Below, piece by piece: positions 1 through 9,542 of a DNA stretch of 64,000 nucleotides (positions are counted from its first letter, which is position 1; each line of letters starts with the position of its first letter). The notes beneath the pieces are model-generated. The model was not told the origin of the DNA. It was given only the letters and a program-made list of their open reading frames with translations, and did not search any database. Position numbers and translations under genes: made by a program. This DNA comes from a virus (lineage: Duplodnaviria > Heunggongvirae > Uroviricota > Caudoviricetes), in the IMG/VR virus record IMGVR_UViG_3300018050_002226, one strand, 5' to 3'.

Positions 1-221
1 TGGTTATTTCATATCACATACTATATCATGTAAATGTATGATATGTCATAATATCGTATGAATATACGATGGTTTCTATATCATCTCATAGACGATTACT
101 TATCACCATCTCATTTGTCATCTCGTTAGGTGGGGATAATTTAGGGTGGGGGATGTTCCCGACATGGATGTCGGAGACATGTGAGTTATGAGTAATAATT
201 TATAGTTCATATTTATAGTGT
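1..221. promoter_or_regulatory. AT-rich non-coding leader with short direct repeats (TATATCAT x2, CATCTCAT-like x3) and a hairpin CCGACAT..ATGTCGG (159-176)
   Basis: no ORF; repeats and palindrome read directly from sequence. Confidence 0.25.
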
Positions 222-518
222 ATGAAGACTGCTATTGAGAAAATATTGAATAACTTTGTAATAGGTGCTATTGATATATCCTATTATGATATTGATAGTT
301 ATCCCACCCCTGAAATGGATGTAAGAGAATATGAAGTTGAGATTTATACACCCCTTGATATTTCGATGGATGAAGCACAGGGTTTATTAGATAGACTTAT
401 CACTGCTTTTAATCTACTTGGTTTCAGTCGTGTGGATGGAAACATGTTTCATGATGCAAATAAAGACAAGTTACTCATAAGAGCGAGAGGACATATCAAA
501 ACGGAAGGAGATAAGTAA
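222..518 (+). CDS. hypothetical small protein, paralog of 3468..3770 (shared IEKI(L/I)xNFV N-terminus and C-terminal RG motif)
   Basis: ORF track; intra-window paralogy. Confidence 0.55.
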   Translation: MKTAIEKILNNFVIGAIDISYYDIDSYPTPEMDVREYEVEIYTPLDISMDEAQGLLDRLITAFNLLGFSRVDGNMFHDANKDKLLIRARGHIKTEGDK

Positions 519-603
519 TGTGTAGTTTGATGACGAAGTGAGATGGACCCCGAACGATAGTGAGGGTGTATTGTCCATTGAACTGAGGAAACAACACTAC
601 ACA

Positions 604-1125
604 TTACCCATTGAGATAATTGTCTATAATACCTTGAACTTTTGGATTGTCCCCCGTGTAAATGATGTCTGTAAGATATTTTCTTAGTGGGTAAATTTCG
701 TCTGTAAGAACTCTTTCTTCTAACTCATCATTTTTCTTATGATGTTCATAATCAGGTTCGATACCTGAATAGTTAAAAGGTTCGACTCTATATTTTGTTC
801 TTAATTTATTTTTATCAAGAACAAATGTCATATCATTGTCTTCTAAAGGTGATTCGAGACCAATACCAATCGTAGAGTTTGGTTTCCAATTTTTGTCTCT
901 TGTAAATGATATTGCGTTTTGATGTTTGGTTCTGGCTAATCGTTTGTCGTGACTTAAATATTCCCCTGACGGTAATGTACCTCTTAATGAATTTGAAGAT
1001 ATAATATCTAATCCGCGGTTTGTAGATGTCTTGTGATATAATGGTGTTCCTTTTATATCCTCTAACCTTTCGGATATAATCCCCATCACTTGTTTTATCC
1101 TGTGAATATTTTCGTGGAGCGTCAT
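604..1125 (-). CDS. hypothetical protein (start moved to internal Met MTLHEN to avoid overlap with divergent gene)
   Basis: ORF track 604..1224; AT-rich upstream of internal ATG. Confidence 0.4.
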   Translation of the reverse strand: MTLHENIHRIKQVMGIISERLEDIKGTPLYHKTSTNRGLDIISSNSLRGTLPSGEYLSHDKRLARTKHQNAISFTRDKNWKPNSTIGIGLESPLEDNDMTFVLDKNKLRTKYRVEPFNYSGIEPDYEHHKKNDELEERVLTDEIYPLRKYLTDIIYTGDNPKVQGIIDNYLNG

Positions 1126-1191
1126 GTAAATAAATATAATTGAACTACACATTACTGAACTATTTATTGATAGAAATAATACTTTGTTATC

Positions 1192-1566
1192 ATGAGATAT
1201 GTAATAACACCCACACAATTTCATAATTTAGTTTATGGTTACCTGAACAAGATGTTCAGCAAAAAGGATTTTAGAAAAGACGTAATAGATGATGAAAATT
1301 GGAGGGTTGATATGTTTGATGACAAAGAAAGAGAACTCATTTCATATTTTTGGTATGAACCTGGCGAGTACGATGACGGAACCCCTCATAACGGAATTGG
1401 TAGTTTGCATGTTCACCCCGATGTTGCCGACTTTATAAGAAATACATTTTCTGTTAGACAAGGAAAAGCCCTTGATATTATTGGTGATTGGGTCAGTGAA
1501 AAGTTTGATGTGGATATCGATGAAATTGATATCTATCCTACTAGAAAAAGTCCCCCTAATTATTAA
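1192..1566 (+). CDS. hypothetical protein
   Basis: ORF track. Confidence 0.5.
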   Translation: MRYVITPTQFHNLVYGYLNKMFSKKDFRKDVIDDENWRVDMFDDKERELISYFWYEPGEYDDGTPHNGIGSLHVHPDVADFIRNTFSVRQGKALDIIGDWVSEKFDVDIDEIDIYPTRKSPPNY

Positions 1567-1619
1567 CATTATTCATAATAAGTTAATATTTGTCTTGTTA
1601 GAATTTTCTATTTATTGTA

Positions 1620-2318
1620 ATGATAAAAGATATTCTAACCATTGTAATCCCTTGTAAAAACGAAAGGGATTTGATTTCATTTACGTTGAAGTATTTGGAT
1701 AAACAAATCAACATCCACGGGACGAAGGTAATCATCGCTGATTCATCAGATGACCTTACAAGAGAAATAATTAACAACACCTATTGTCCCCATCTCAACG
1801 TTGAAATAATTGACGGAGGTTTCCCATCTGTAGCAAGAAACAATGGAGCAAAACTTGTTGATACACCATATGTTCTTTTCTTGGATGCAGATATTTTCTT
1901 ACATGATAATGAGACAATAGATAACTCTTTGAATTATATGATTAATAATTCACTTTATCTTGTTACTTGTAGATTCCGAACTCGTGGGAAATATTCATTG
2001 GTCTTCCCTATATTTGAATGGTTCAGAGATTTTTATTCTCATCACCTGCCATGTGCAATTGGTGGTTTTATGATGTTCGATAAAGAAGTTTTTGATAAAC
2101 TTGGAGGTTTTATTAATGAGGATTTATTTGCCGAAGACTTTCATCTATCTTCAAAAGTTCACCCATCAAAATTTGGAGTTTATAATAAAAAAATATATAC
2201 CACAGATAGAAGGTTCAAGAAAAAAGGTTTGTGGTACATGCTAAAAATGGCGGTTCTTTCTGCTGTTAATAAAGACAATCCTGAGTTTTTTAAAAATGAA
2301 CACAATTACTGGGTATAA
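1620..2318 (+). CDS. family 2 glycosyltransferase (GT-A fold)
   Basis: N-terminal IVIPCKNE motif, DAD (DxD) motif LFLDADIFL. Confidence 0.8.
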   Translation: MIKDILTIVIPCKNERDLISFTLKYLDKQINIHGTKVIIADSSDDLTREIINNTYCPHLNVEIIDGGFPSVARNNGAKLVDTPYVLFLDADIFLHDNETIDNSLNYMINNSLYLVTCRFRTRGKYSLVFPIFEWFRDFYSHHLPCAIGGFMMFDKEVFDKLGGFINEDLFAEDFHLSSKVHPSKFGVYNKKIYTTDRRFKKKGLWYMLKMAVLSAVNKDNPEFFKNEHNYWV

Positions 2319-3054
2319 AGTTGTTATCATGTCCGACCTTCACCTCGGAATGAAAGATAGCTCACCAAAAAAGATATTGGAATTTTTAAATTCCATCGAA
2401 ACGGAACTTCTGATTCTAAACGGAGATATCATTGATATTGATGCTCTTAAACGTGGCAGCAAGTGGAAAAACAAACATACAAAAGTCTTAATGAAAATAT
2501 TGGATATAAGTCGTCACACAGAAGTTATATATATCCGCGGAAATCATGATAATGATTTGGAAGACTTATTTGAATTTGATTTGGGTAATATAAAGTTCGT
2601 TGAGGATTATACCTATTATCAAAGTGTATGGTTAGGTGAAGATGATAACTTCGGTACCAAGAAAGTTTTTGTATTCCACGGTGATAAAATAGATGTGACC
2701 GTTAAATATAAATTCTTATCTTACATAGGCTCCGTGGGTTATGATATTGCTCTTCGTGTTAATACTTGGTACAATGATTATAGAAATAAAATGGGTAAAC
2801 CTTATTTTTCTATATCCAAAATTATCAAGGAAAATGTTAAAGATGCCATTAGTTTTATCAATGATTTTGAAGTTAACGCTTGTGAATATGCAAAAACAAA
2901 AAACGCAGATATTGTTGTTTGTGGTCACATCCATATTCCGTCAATAAAAAAAATTAATGGGGTAACTTATTATAACTCAGGAGATTGGGTCGAAAATTTC
3001 TCCGCACTTGTTCTTACTAAAGAAAACAAGTGGGAATTGATTACTCTTTCTTGA
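2296..3054 (+). CDS. calcineurin-like metallophosphoesterase, LpxH/UDP-2,3-diacylglucosamine hydrolase-like
   Basis: motifs SDLHLG, GDIID, GNHD, HGD, GHIH in canonical order. Confidence 0.8.
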   Translation: MNTITGYKVVIMSDLHLGMKDSSPKKILEFLNSIETELLILNGDIIDIDALKRGSKWKNKHTKVLMKILDISRHTEVIYIRGNHDNDLEDLFEFDLGNIKFVEDYTYYQSVWLGEDDNFGTKKVFVFHGDKIDVTVKYKFLSYIGSVGYDIALRVNTWYNDYRNKMGKPYFSISKIIKENVKDAISFINDFEVNACEYAKTKNADIVVCGHIHIPSIKKINGVTYYNSGDWVENFSALVLTKENKWELITLS

Positions 3055-3174
3055 TAATAATTTGACATGCTAAATGATGGTAAGTACTTGTTGTTAGGTG
3101 TATACTTCTCTAAGGAGAAGGAACCGACAAGGATTTCTTGACAGTTCACAATTTATTTTTGTATATTTGCTGGG

Positions 3175-3471
3175 ATGGACCTTCGAGAACAAATAGATTG
3201 CGTGTTTAATAAAATGCTCATACCTCAATGCTCTGAATTTGACTATGTGTTCAGTAAGAAATATGGTGAGGTTGGTCCTAAGCGCTTTTATGAAATTGTC
3301 TTTGTCATTAAAGAAGGTAGTTACGAATGGGTCGATAGTGTTATGATGCACGAAATACACAAAAAAGCATCGGGTTTAATTGATATGATTGGTCTTGGTG
3401 AAAAAGATGACTATGCAATCATTTTTAGGTCTCACAAAAACTTAAGAAACAAAGGTCATTATTTGAGGTGA
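3175..3471 (+). CDS. hypothetical protein
   Basis: ORF track. Confidence 0.45.
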   Translation: MDLREQIDCVFNKMLIPQCSEFDYVFSKKYGEVGPKRFYEIVFVIKEGSYEWVDSVMMHEIHKKASGLIDMIGLGEKDDYAIIFRSHKNLRNKGHYLR

Positions 3472-3770
3472 TTGTCTATTTATTATGGATGAGAACCTCA
3501 ATTGAAAAAATAATTAAGAACTTTGTATTAAAAGATGTTTCGGGCGCTGATTATAGCGTCGAAGCAAACCAAGGCGATGATAACTTGGAACTATATGAAA
3601 TTTATATATACCTTCCTCATAAAACTGATAGAGAAGAGGTTCTAATTATTAAAGAAAGACTTGAAAGAGCTTTATCTCATCTTGGACTTAGAGGAATTTT
3701 CGGTGGTCTCTATGACTACAAAATTCAAAATAAATTTGTGATTAACGTCAGAGGGATATATAGACCTTAG
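3468..3770 (+). CDS. hypothetical small protein, paralog of 222..518
   Basis: ORF track; paralogy. Confidence 0.55.
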   Translation: MIVYLLWMRTSIEKIIKNFVLKDVSGADYSVEANQGDDNLELYEIYIYLPHKTDREEVLIIKERLERALSHLGLRGIFGGLYDYKIQNKFVINVRGIYRP

Positions 3771-3780
3771 AAATTATTTT

Positions 3781-4107
3781 ATGACAGAAAGGGAACAAAA
3801 CGTTAAAGCAATTCAAAAGTTCGTTGAACAAGTATACCGCCCAGAAAAAACTCGTATCAGAGAACTGAAGAGCGGAAATTATGTAGAGTATTTTTTGATA
3901 TTTTATTTTGACCATATTTCTGATGATTATATTTTAAATCGTCAACACAAAGATTTGAAAGAACACAAAGAATCAATGTTAGCAAAAGAAGTTAGAGAAT
4001 ACATTGAAAAGTATTTGGGAATTAAAACATCAGGTCTTCAATACACAAACAATTATTTCTCCCCGATTGAACAACACGGAATAAGTATCATCATCGTAGA
4101 AGAATAA
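3781..4107 (+). CDS. hypothetical protein
   Basis: ORF track. Confidence 0.45.
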   Translation: MTEREQNVKAIQKFVEQVYRPEKTRIRELKSGNYVEYFLIFYFDHISDDYILNRQHKDLKEHKESMLAKEVREYIEKYLGIKTSGLQYTNNYFSPIEQHGISIIIVEE

Positions 4108-4125
4108 TTTCTACTATTTATAAGT

Positions 4126-4458
4126 ATGAAATACATCATCACAGAAAGTCAGTGGGAAAATTGGTTGAGAAGAAGAATGTCTCCCACAGATTATTTCGAA
4201 TATGTTAGATTTGCCTGTAACCATTATGATGACCGTGGTGTTGATTTGCAACAATTCGTTCAAGACGTTCATTCAAGAGCTATTGATGATTTTTTGATGG
4301 CCGAATATGATTATGCCAATATAAACGATGAACTTTATGAAGCTTACGAAGACTGTTTGATTAATTGTTTGGATGGAAAGATTTTGAAATATATAGAAGA
4401 TTTCTATTTCAAATACGACATAGGTACTGATGAAGAATTATATAAAATCATTCCCTAA
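4126..4458 (+). CDS. hypothetical acidic protein
   Basis: ORF track. Confidence 0.5.
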   Translation: MKYIITESQWENWLRRRMSPTDYFEYVRFACNHYDDRGVDLQQFVQDVHSRAIDDFLMAEYDYANINDELYEAYEDCLINCLDGKILKYIEDFYFKYDIGTDEELYKIIP

Positions 4459-4461
4459 CTA

Positions 4462-4557
4462 ATGAAAAAATTCTTGATTATAATCGCATTGATAATCACA
4501 GTAATCACATTCATCGAATGGGCTAGAATGTTTAGTGATTTATTTGCAACAAGATGA
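4462..4557 (+). CDS. 31-aa hydrophobic (single TM) peptide MKKFLIIIALIITVITFIEWARMFSDLFATR, not in ORF track
   Basis: ATG 4 nt after previous stop, followed by hairpin. Confidence 0.25.
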   Translation: MKKFLIIIALIITVITFIEWARMFSDLFATR

Positions 4558-4562
4558 ACTTG

Positions 4563-4592
4563 AATAAAAAACCCCCACCATTGGTGAGGGTT
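4563..4592 (-). terminator. rho-independent terminator of 4598..5176 (hairpin AACCCCCACCATTGGTGAGGGTT followed by a T-run on the minus strand)
   Basis: seen in sequence. Confidence 0.45.
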
Positions 4593-4597
4593 ATCGT

Positions 4598-5176
4598 TTA
4601 AATTGATTCGTAATCTATTTCTCCGTAATCATCCAAATCATCATTTTCATCATGTCCTTCTCCTTCTTGAGCTTTTCTGATTGCTTCACAAGTACTTCTC
4701 GCTTGAACGGTGTGTGTCCAACTTTGTACACAAGTTCTTGAACATTGAATAGTATATTCTTCTTCTTCGTTATCTTCCCATCCTTCTTCATCTTCACATT
4801 CATCAGGGTCGATTTTTTTAACAGGGTCCTCAGTTCTACTAAACTTATCGGAGAACTCAAGTAATTCATTTCTTAACTTGATTAGTTGCTCCAATGATTC
4901 AATTCTAAAACTAAAGTTTCCAAGTTTTGAATTAAGAGATAAACTTACGAACTCTTGTGGGTTTTCAGCGTCTTCACCTTGTTTGTAATGTGAAATCCAA
5001 TATCCCTCTAAGGGACCAAAATAAACGACAGATTCATCAGGATAAATTGAAATCCATTCATTCGGGTTTGTGTCAATCATTTCCTTATATTCGTTCTCTA
5101 AGGATTGAAGTTCTTTGATAACTTTGGAATATTTCTTTTCAAAAGACTTTTTCCACTTTTCGCTGTATTCTGCCAT
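4598..5176 (-). CDS. hypothetical protein with acidic C-terminus
   Basis: ORF track. Confidence 0.55.
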   Translation of the reverse strand: MAEYSEKWKKSFEKKYSKVIKELQSLENEYKEMIDTNPNEWISIYPDESVVYFGPLEGYWISHYKQGEDAENPQEFVSLSLNSKLGNFSFRIESLEQLIKLRNELLEFSDKFSRTEDPVKKIDPDECEDEEGWEDNEEEEYTIQCSRTCVQSWTHTVQARSTCEAIRKAQEGEGHDENDDLDDYGEIDYESI

Positions 5177-5251
5177 TTTGATTTTTTTTTAATCATAAAT
5201 AATATTTTTGATAAAAGAAATTGTTGTGAAATTTTTTTTATATTTACAGGT

Positions 5252-5539
5252 ATGAGAGAAAACTTCCAAAAGGTTCTTGAAAAAATTTTATTACCTCACT
5301 TTCCCGTAATCGAAAGGGTCTTAGTTATAGAGTTAGGACCACTTTTGCATGTTTATTACACTCTCAAAAGACCTCCAACCAATACTGAAGGGTTTGAAAT
5401 TTCAAAAGAAACTCAAACACTTTTTGATATGTTGGATTCTGACAAAAAGATGGCCTTCACTCTCGCCTTTAAAATGGATGAAGAGCCACCTAAAAGAAAA
5501 AGAAAAAGAAAAAATACAACGCAGCGTCCTCATCTCTAA
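5252..5539 (+). CDS. hypothetical protein with basic KRKRKRK C-terminus (start at internal Met)
   Basis: ORF track 5105..5539 trimmed. Confidence 0.3.
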   Translation: MRENFQKVLEKILLPHFPVIERVLVIELGPLLHVYYTLKRPPTNTEGFEISKETQTLFDMLDSDKKMAFTLAFKMDEEPPKRKRKRKNTTQRPHL

Positions 5540-5882
5540 CACCAATATAATGTCCAATTGTTTTACCTAGATTGTTGGTTACTCTTCCTCCCTGAACATA
5601 TCCTATGGTTGTTCCTAAATGATTTCTAACCCTACCATTTTCTATATAACCGATGGTGCTTCCCAAATTGTTTCTAACTCTTATACCATCGAAAGAACCT
5701 ATGGTTGACCCTAAATTATTTTTTATCCTTCCTTCTTCGATATAACCAACTGTTGAACCCAAATTGTTTTTAACTCTACCATCTTCGATAAATCCAATGG
5801 TTGAACCCAAATTATTTGTAAGTCTCTGTGCTTTTACATGAAAAGTCAGAAGTAAAAAAATAAACAAAACAAAAGTTCTCAT
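5490..5882 (-). CDS. secreted protein of six tandem 17-aa repeats (NNLGSTIGYIExGRVx) after a signal peptide
   Basis: signal-peptide-like N-terminus MRTFVLFIFLLLTFHVKAQ; repeats visible at protein and DNA level. Confidence 0.6.
   Translation of the reverse strand: MRTFVLFIFLLLTFHVKAQRLTNNLGSTIGFIEDGRVKNNLGSTVGYIEEGRIKNNLGSTIGSFDGIRVRNNLGSTIGYIENGRVRNHLGTTIGYVQGGRVTNNLGKTIGHYIGVRDEDAALYFFFFFFF
5540..5822. repeat. ~51-bp imperfect tandem repeats x6 inside CDS 5490..5882
   Basis: repeated CCAAnGGTTGAACCCAAATT units. Confidence 0.7.
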
Positions 5883-5886
5883 TTTA

Positions 5887-7248
5887 TCATAAGTTTGGGA
5901 AATTTTTCAAATCAACGTTCGTCTCTAATTTTCCTTGATTTTCTTTTGGATAAAATACGAAAAGTAATTTTCTTCTCGATAGTTTATTATACAAACTATC
6001 ATTTTTCTTTCTTAAAATTTCTAAAGTGGGATAATTTTGAAGTTCTTTTATTATCTGCTCGAGAGTTTGTCTTGTATAAACCTTTTGTAAATCTTTAGTG
6101 AGATTTTGAAAATATTCTTTTCCCCTTTTATGTGCCGTTTTGTAAGCGTTTGGTGATTGAACCATGAAATCTCTCAAAGTAGAATACTTTGCCACCTCAG
6201 CGTTTAATAAATCATCTGTCCATTTGTAATCTGAACGTCCACCCAATCCACCAGGTGATACTTTGTTAAGAACATTCCATCCTCTTTGAAGATATTCGTT
6301 CCATATCTTTTTTTCGAGCAGTGCGGCATCTTCGGCATCAATCATTGTGGAGGTCTTGATTTCAAATTTCGGAACAAGTCCTGTTTTTATCATGTAATCA
6401 CGAACAGGACCCTTGAACATATGTTCCACATATCTTTCTTTCGGGTCTTTGGCTAATCCAGCATACGCAGTATTATCAGAAAATTCAAATGTGTAGACAT
6501 ATCTTTTGTATAAATTACCAATTCTTTCCATATGTGCAGTAATTTGGTCAAAAAATTCTCTACCCTTACGCAGTGCCTGATTGTATGCTTTTCTGTCCCC
6601 ACGAGCAAAATCAATTCTTGTTCTAAATCTTTTTGCAATATCTGCCAGTTCTTCCTTAGAATAAAAGGTTAGGTGTCTTGACAGGTTTTTGGTTTTTTCT
6701 TCAAATACTTCTCTACCAAATTTCATAAGGGCTTTGTATGCAGAGGGACTTGATTTAATGAAATTATTCAAAGTTTTATATTTTTCTATCTCCTCTGATA
6801 TTTTTTCGATTGTCCAATAACCATGAGGTTTTACTTTTTCTGATTCATTAATTCCTAAAAGTTCCTCAGTGTTATGGGTTCCACAAACAGGACAAATGGG
6901 CTTTGACTTTTTTCCTTTATGAATAGTTTGTGTGAACCTTTGTTTACAATTTTTACATTTAATCCATTTCGCTGAACGGTTTCCTTCTTCTTGCATTTTC
7001 TTCAGAAGAGTTTCCATTTTTTCTTTATTTCCCGTGTCAATAATTTTTATGTTCTTGGTTGAAATTGATTTATGACCACTGGACCCCTTGTTTATATAAA
7101 TCAAATCTCTTTGAGTTGCCAGATAAGGAACCAATTGAAAACGATATCTATCATTCATATAGGATAGTGCTGGTAAAATTTGGATTACCGCATACTCTGG
7201 TTCCTTTTTTTCAACAATAATATTTTTTATGGTTTTGAGTAAATTCAT
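5887..7248 (-). CDS. GIY-YIG homing-endonuclease-like protein with Zn ribbon and three KYxTRxEF..AYxxAxRxG DNA-binding repeat modules
   Basis: YVYTFEF..NTAYAG..RYVEH..E..GWNVLN (GIY-YIG, R, E, N); CKNC..CPVC. Confidence 0.6.
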   Translation of the reverse strand: MNLLKTIKNIIVEKKEPEYAVIQILPALSYMNDRYRFQLVPYLATQRDLIYINKGSSGHKSISTKNIKIIDTGNKEKMETLLKKMQEEGNRSAKWIKCKNCKQRFTQTIHKGKKSKPICPVCGTHNTEELLGINESEKVKPHGYWTIEKISEEIEKYKTLNNFIKSSPSAYKALMKFGREVFEEKTKNLSRHLTFYSKEELADIAKRFRTRIDFARGDRKAYNQALRKGREFFDQITAHMERIGNLYKRYVYTFEFSDNTAYAGLAKDPKERYVEHMFKGPVRDYMIKTGLVPKFEIKTSTMIDAEDAALLEKKIWNEYLQRGWNVLNKVSPGGLGGRSDYKWTDDLLNAEVAKYSTLRDFMVQSPNAYKTAHKRGKEYFQNLTKDLQKVYTRQTLEQIIKELQNYPTLEILRKKNDSLYNKLSRRKLLFVFYPKENQGKLETNVDLKNFPNL

Positions 7249-7622
7249 TATTGTTTTTCGAATGTTAACTCGATGTCACCGCCCTCTTCAAATTCATTCC
7301 AAGCTAAAAGAGTTTCACCACCATTTTGAGTTTGTGTCCAAGATTTACCGTTAGCAACCGAGACCATTTTGATAGTTTGGTCATTCTCTGCCATCCAACC
7401 TCTATCAACATACACACCAGCTTCAGGACCAAATGAAAGATTACCCTGCATATACCATACATTTGGTGTATCCCAAAAAAGTAATGACTTAGTATTATGA
7501 ATTTCTGAAGAAGACCAAGATGTTTGGCTATTCGAACCGATGGTTGTGTTACCAGGTCCAACACCTTCAATACTCAAGTTATACTCAGTATTGTTTATAA
7601 TTGTTACGTTTGCTTGCCACAT
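7248..7622 (-). CDS. hypothetical beta-rich protein
   Basis: ORF track. Confidence 0.5.
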   Translation of the reverse strand: MWQANVTIINNTEYNLSIEGVGPGNTTIGSNSQTSWSSSEIHNTKSLLFWDTPNVWYMQGNLSFGPEAGVYVDRGWMAENDQTIKMVSVANGKSWTQTQNGGETLLAWNEFEEGGDIELTFEKQ

Positions 7623-7653
7623 AGATTTTTTTTATAAATATCTTTTTTTGTAG

Positions 7654-7661
7654 TATTTTTG
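7654..7661 (+). promoter_or_regulatory. Bacteroidetes-type -7 element TATTTTTG (TAnnTTTG) 19 nt upstream of ATG 7681
   Basis: motif match only. Confidence 0.2.
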
Positions 7662-7680
7662 GAAATTAATATTTAATTCT

Positions 7681-7959
7681 ATGAAAGACTACATTGAACT
7701 TTTTTTAGATAAGAAATTCCCCTTAAAAATCGAGATTTCTGAGAAAAGGCATCCGAATTTAAAAGGTCTTACCATGTTTCTTTATAAATCAGGAAATAAG
7801 AGATTATTCATAAAAATGAGTGGTTTTACAGGTGTATTTTATAATTATTATGACTTAACCCCCGAACAACTTACCATGTGGTTCGAATTATCTTATTCTG
7901 AAGCTGAAAAAAAACTGATAAAGTGGACTGAAAAAAGGATTAAAAAACAATCCTCCTGA
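7681..7959 (+). CDS. hypothetical protein
   Basis: ORF track. Confidence 0.5.
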   Translation: MKDYIELFLDKKFPLKIEISEKRHPNLKGLTMFLYKSGNKRLFIKMSGFTGVFYNYYDLTPEQLTMWFELSYSEAEKKLIKWTEKRIKKQSS

Positions 7960-7967
7960 GGTATTTA

Positions 7968-9542
7968 TTGTTTATGAGTATATCTCAAAACCTAAGAACT
8001 ATTTTATTGGAAGATTTGGCTCTTCAAATACAACAACTTAAAGACAAATATGTTGGAGAAGGAAAACCCCTCAAAGACGAGGAGTTTCAAAAAATTCAAG
8101 ACCTCTCTCACGGTAAGTTTTATATTCTTGCTTGGCTTACAAAAAAAATTGGCACGAACCTCTTGAAATCTGAAGACCTATATAAGTGGAAAGAGTATAT
8201 TGATATTTTTGAAAAGAATAAAAAGAAATTCAAATTTCAGGACCTTAATCTTTACAAGACAGCAGAGGATTTACAAAACTTCATCGAAACTGTTATTCAA
8301 ATTAAAGAAGGAGACGTCAAATATGAGGATATTCCTCAATCCTCGGCATTTCTTTCAAAAAACGAAGTTGAGAAACTCACCTCCACGGGAGGAAACAAGT
8401 ATCTTGGTTTTTGGAAACCCGAAAATGGTCTAAAAGCTGCTGGCTCTGATGGTTACCAAGTTTTCGAAATTTCAGAACCCACAAGAGAAAATTGGAAAGT
8501 TTATCGTGATTTGTTGGGTAGATGTAAGGGACGCGAGAAGGGAGCTTCAATCGAAATTTGTACAATTGCACATTTTAACTACTTTAAGGATTATTTGAAA
8601 TCTGATAAAGGCTCAAAATATATTGTTCTTTTCAATCTCAACGACCCATTGTCGCCATATCAACTTCATGTAGAAAGCCAACAATTCATGAATAAAAACG
8701 ATGTGGAGAGATTTAATTTTATACCTCAAATTTTTTATAAGTGGCTTTCGGAAAAGTCCGAATACTACAATTATGAAAAAATCGCATCAAATTTAGAATT
8801 CGACATACCTGTTGAAGGAAAGGGTTTTGAAAATGAAAAAGGGAAACAAGGTATTTGGAAATCTTTTCACGATGGTAAGATAGATGGAATACTCACTTAC
8901 GTTAATAACAAGAGAAACGGACCAGTAATCCTATTTTCAAAAAACGGAAAGATTTCAGAAAAGGGAACGCTGAGGGAAACTAGGTCTGATTATAATTGGG
9001 TTGGAGAATACGAAAGTTTTTTTGATGACGGAACAATCGAAAAAAAGGGAAAGTACGATGAAAAAGGGAAAAAAATTGGGATTTGGAAAATTCACAATCG
9101 TTACACTCCTTTTGGTATTTATTATGTTATCAAAGACTTTGATGATGACAGAATTCCAGTCACCGGCATAACTCAAAGTGGTGTTATCAAAGTAATTGCT
9201 GACGGTGGAACACAAGATTTCAGGGGTAAAATAATTATTTTCTATCCAAGTGGTACCCCAAAAGCCATCGGCCAATTAACTACTTTAGGTAGGAAAACAG
9301 GGAAATGGACAATTTTCAAACCTGATGGCTCAATAAAGGCGGAGGGACAGTTTAAAAATGAACGCCCAACTGGAGATTGGACTTTTATATTTTCTTCCAA
9401 AAGGGGTGACGAATTTCTTTATCAATTTAATTGGGAAGAAAGAGAGAAAGGAAAACTTTATAACAGTAAAGGAGAATTTATTAAGAAAGTAGATTATCGC
9501 TCTGATAAAATTCCTTCAATCGGAGATTTTTTCAGTTTCTAA
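7968..9542 (+). CDS. MORN/YwqK-like repeat-containing protein
   Basis: repeated GxWxxYxxNGxxxxxG units in C-terminal half. Confidence 0.5.
   Translation: MFMSISQNLRTILLEDLALQIQQLKDKYVGEGKPLKDEEFQKIQDLSHGKFYILAWLTKKIGTNLLKSEDLYKWKEYIDIFEKNKKKFKFQDLNLYKTAEDLQNFIETVIQIKEGDVKYEDIPQSSAFLSKNEVEKLTSTGGNKYLGFWKPENGLKAAGSDGYQVFEISEPTRENWKVYRDLLGRCKGREKGASIEICTIAHFNYFKDYLKSDKGSKYIVLFNLNDPLSPYQLHVESQQFMNKNDVERFNFIPQIFYKWLSEKSEYYNYEKIASNLEFDIPVEGKGFENEKGKQGIWKSFHDGKIDGILTYVNNKRNGPVILFSKNGKISEKGTLRETRSDYNWVGEYESFFDDGTIEKKGKYDEKGKKIGIWKIHNRYTPFGIYYVIKDFDDDRIPVTGITQSGVIKVIADGGTQDFRGKIIIFYPSGTPKAIGQLTTLGRKTGKWTIFKPDGSIKAEGQFKNERPTGDWTFIFSSKRGDEFLYQFNWEEREKGKLYNSKGEFIKKVDYRSDKIPSIGDFFSF

Noticed and set aside
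604-1224. Full-length ORF 604..1224 and 5' extensions of 5105..5539, 23262..24284, 29126..29587, 31301..31735, 51324..51824, 55281..56138 and 63298..63768
   Set aside because: The extensions overlap neighbouring genes or terminators and translate to low-complexity Phe/Ile-rich peptides. Internal Met starts give compact domains matching the expected family lengths.
3094-3360. Minus-strand ORF opposite 3175..3471 and similar antisense ORFs (1342..1569, 2716..2934, 8377..8571, 8955..9275, 17426..17710, 36841..37140)
   Set aside because: They sit inside longer ORFs with recognisable domains or better composition, and are typical antisense artefacts in AT-rich DNA.
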